Shown here piece by piece: positions 62,237 to 64,000 of a stretch of 64,000 nucleotides of DNA (positions within the stretch are counted from its first letter, which is position 1; each line of letters begins with the position of its first letter). This stretch comes from an uncultured delta proteobacterium (lineage in GTDB: Bacteria > Myxococcota_A > Polyangia > Polyangiales > Polyangiaceae). Made by a program: the position numbers and the translations under genes. Location of the stretch: contig CAWAIF010000003.1 of assembly GCA_963782055.1 (NCBI GenBank), positions 6,368,001 through 6,432,000 of the forward strand. The letters are read 5' to 3'. A model generated the notes under the pieces. That model was not told the origin of the DNA. It saw only the letters and a program-made list of their open reading frames with translations, and did no database searches.

Positions 62237-62761
62237 GTGCTGGAGCGCGTTCTGGATTTCTTCGCGCCGATGTTCGGCCGCGACCTCGGGCCGCGCGCGC
62301 GGGTCGTCGTCGCCGGACTGTGGGTGGCGGGGCAGGCCGCGCTCATCGCCACGGGCGGCATGCGACCGGACAACGCCTTCGCCTTCCGCATGTTCAGCGA
62401 GTCGTCCACCATCCAGATCGTCCTGTACCGCGAGGTGGAGGCCATCTCCGGCGAGGGCACCCAGCTCGTGCGCGTCGGCGCCGACGGCTCGTGGGTCGCC
62501 ACCGACGACAACGGCGACCCCCAGCGCTTCTCCTGGCGCGATCGCGTCGCGGATCCCACCCTCTCGCGCCTCGACGTGACCGAGCACGCCAGCTACGGCG
62601 CCGACGCCCAGCTCGCGCGGCTCCGTGCGGCCCTCGACGACGTCATGGCGCACACCAACAACGACACCCAGACGATCGCGCTGGTCGCCGACGTCACCGT
62701 GCGTCGCAACGGGCGGCCCCCCGAGCACGTGCGACTGACGAGCGCGGCGCGGGGCCGCTGA
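62237..62761 (+). CDS. Hypothetical single-TM protein, partner of the HTTM protein
   Basis: One TM helix, then AFRMFSE. Its TGA overlaps the next ATG. Alternative ATG start at 62270. Confidence 0.75.
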   Translation: MLERVLDFFAPMFGRDLGPRARVVVAGLWVAGQAALIATGGMRPDNAFAFRMFSESSTIQIVLYREVEAISGEGTQLVRVGADGSWVATDDNGDPQRFSWRDRVADPTLSRLDVTEHASYGADAQLARLRAALDDVMAHTNNDTQTIALVADVTVRRNGRPPEHVRLTSAARGR

Positions 62762-63885
62762 TGGCCGGCGACCTCCTCGGCCGCGCGCGCAAGCGCCTCC
62801 GCGCCTGGCAGATCGAGGGCGGCGACACCCACGTGCTCGCGGTGGCGCGCATCCTCTTCGGCCTGCTCCTCTTCTGGCAGGCGCTGGACGCCGCAAGGGC
62901 CCTCCACGACTCGCGCTACTTCGGCGACGTCTTCCACATGCCGATGATCCCGGAGGCCCTGGTGCCCTCGCGCACCGTCTACGTCGGCATCCTCGCGGCG
63001 CAGATGCTCTGCGCGGCGCTGGTCGTCGTCGGCCACCAGGCGCGCCCCGCCCTCCTCTTCTCCGCCCTCTCCGTCGTCTACGTGCTGCTCTGCGACCGGC
63101 TGCACTACCACCACAACCGCTACGCCCTCGCCTGCTACGCCTTCCTGCTCGCCTTCTCCCCGTGCGACCGCACCCTCGTGCTCGGGCAGACCCCGGAGGA
63201 GGAGGACCGCTTCGGCCCGCTGTGGGCGCAGCGCCTCGCGCAGCTCCAGGTGAGCATCATCTACCTCGCCTCCGGCGGCTCGAAGCTCCTCGACGCCGAC
63301 TGGCGCCATGGTCTCGTCTTGCTCGACCGCCTGACCCGCTACGGGTACATCGCGCTCGACAAGGGCGTACCGCAGCGCGTGGTCGCCGCCTTCCAGCAGC
63401 CGCTGGTCGCCAGCGGCCTGGCGAAGGCCGCCATCGCCACCGAGCTGCTGCTCGCGGTCGGCCTCTGGGTGCCTCGGCTGCGCGCGCCGCTCCTCTGGTG
63501 GGGCGTCATGTTTCACCTCACCATCCAGGTCACCAGCCAGGTCGAGCTCTTCACCTGGACCACGCTGGTCGCCTACGCCCTCTTCGCCACGCCCGACCGG
63601 CGCGCGCGCAAGCTGCGGTTCGATCCCTCGCGCCGCGTCTGGAAGTGGCTCGCGCGGGGCATCAAGGCGCTCGACTGGCTCTCGCGCTACGAGCTCAAGG
63701 CCTGGGAGCCCGACCGCCTCCGCGCGCGCTCGCTGGTGGTCGTGCGCCGCGACGGCAGCATCGCCACCGGCCTGCGCGCCGCGGCGATGGTGGCGCGCAC
63801 CACGCCGCTGCTGTTTCCCCTCTGGGGACCGCTCGCCCTCGTCGCCGCCTTCACCAAGAGAGGCGACGCCGGCGTCCGTTCGTGA
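62761..63885 (+). CDS. HTTM-domain protein (vitamin K-dependent carboxylase-like) with a DCC1/DUF393-like tail
   Basis: Motifs ARILFG, YHHNRY, QVSIIYLASGGSKLLDADW and FHL...ELFTW. Confidence 0.85.
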   Translation: MAGDLLGRARKRLRAWQIEGGDTHVLAVARILFGLLLFWQALDAARALHDSRYFGDVFHMPMIPEALVPSRTVYVGILAAQMLCAALVVVGHQARPALLFSALSVVYVLLCDRLHYHHNRYALACYAFLLAFSPCDRTLVLGQTPEEEDRFGPLWAQRLAQLQVSIIYLASGGSKLLDADWRHGLVLLDRLTRYGYIALDKGVPQRVVAAFQQPLVASGLAKAAIATELLLAVGLWVPRLRAPLLWWGVMFHLTIQVTSQVELFTWTTLVAYALFATPDRRARKLRFDPSRRVWKWLARGIKALDWLSRYELKAWEPDRLRARSLVVVRRDGSIATGLRAAAMVARTTPLLFPLWGPLALVAAFTKRGDAGVRS

Positions 63886-63901
63886 GAGTGTCGGAGGCCG
63901 C

Positions 63902-64000
63902 ATGGCCCCGCGCGCGCGTGCGCTCCTCGTGCTCCCGCTGATCCTCGCCCTCGGCGCGCCGGCCGCCGCCGCGGGCCCGGCGGACCCCTCCGCGCCGGTG
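63902..64000 (+). CDS. 5' end of a secreted protein (runs off the window)
   Basis: MAPRARALLVLPLILALGAPAAA signal-like peptide; open to the window end. Confidence 0.55.
   Translation, partial: MAPRARALLVLPLILALGAPAAAAGPADPSAPV

Overview
A very GC-rich bacterial window. Its gene content (two eukaryote-like Ser/Thr kinases, many Cys-rich and DAG/DGG-linker lipoproteins, multi-DsbA proteins) points to Myxococcota, probably Polyangiaceae-like; this is inference. It holds about 52 CDSs, one tRNA-Ala(CGC) and one IS4-family element at 9079-10513 with CATG ends and a perfect 10-bp target duplication. Housekeeping or recognisable genes include lysC, pntAB, a BVMO, a P450 with its TetR regulator, MscS, an MBOAT with two SGNH proteins, and a PNGase F-like protein. 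No CRISPR array, prophage or integrase is visible. The best leads are: (1) a small secreted Cys-containing ORF ending in ERPPRA, upstream of two tandem triple-DsbA genes and a beta-barrel, possibly a nascent-chain sensor for oxidative folding; (2) an apparently structured non-coding region of about 260 nt between convergent SGNH genes, flanked by related G-tract repeats; (3) an orphan fliO-fliP/sctR pair directly after a Ser/Thr kinase; (4) a lid-less, apparently inactive D-Ala-D-Ala-ligase-like domain fused to a DmpA peptidase; (5) a zinc ribbon fused to an isolated Hsp70 substrate-binding domain. All family calls come from motif recognition by eye, not from database searches. Start codons were chosen by RBS, gene overlap or signal peptide.
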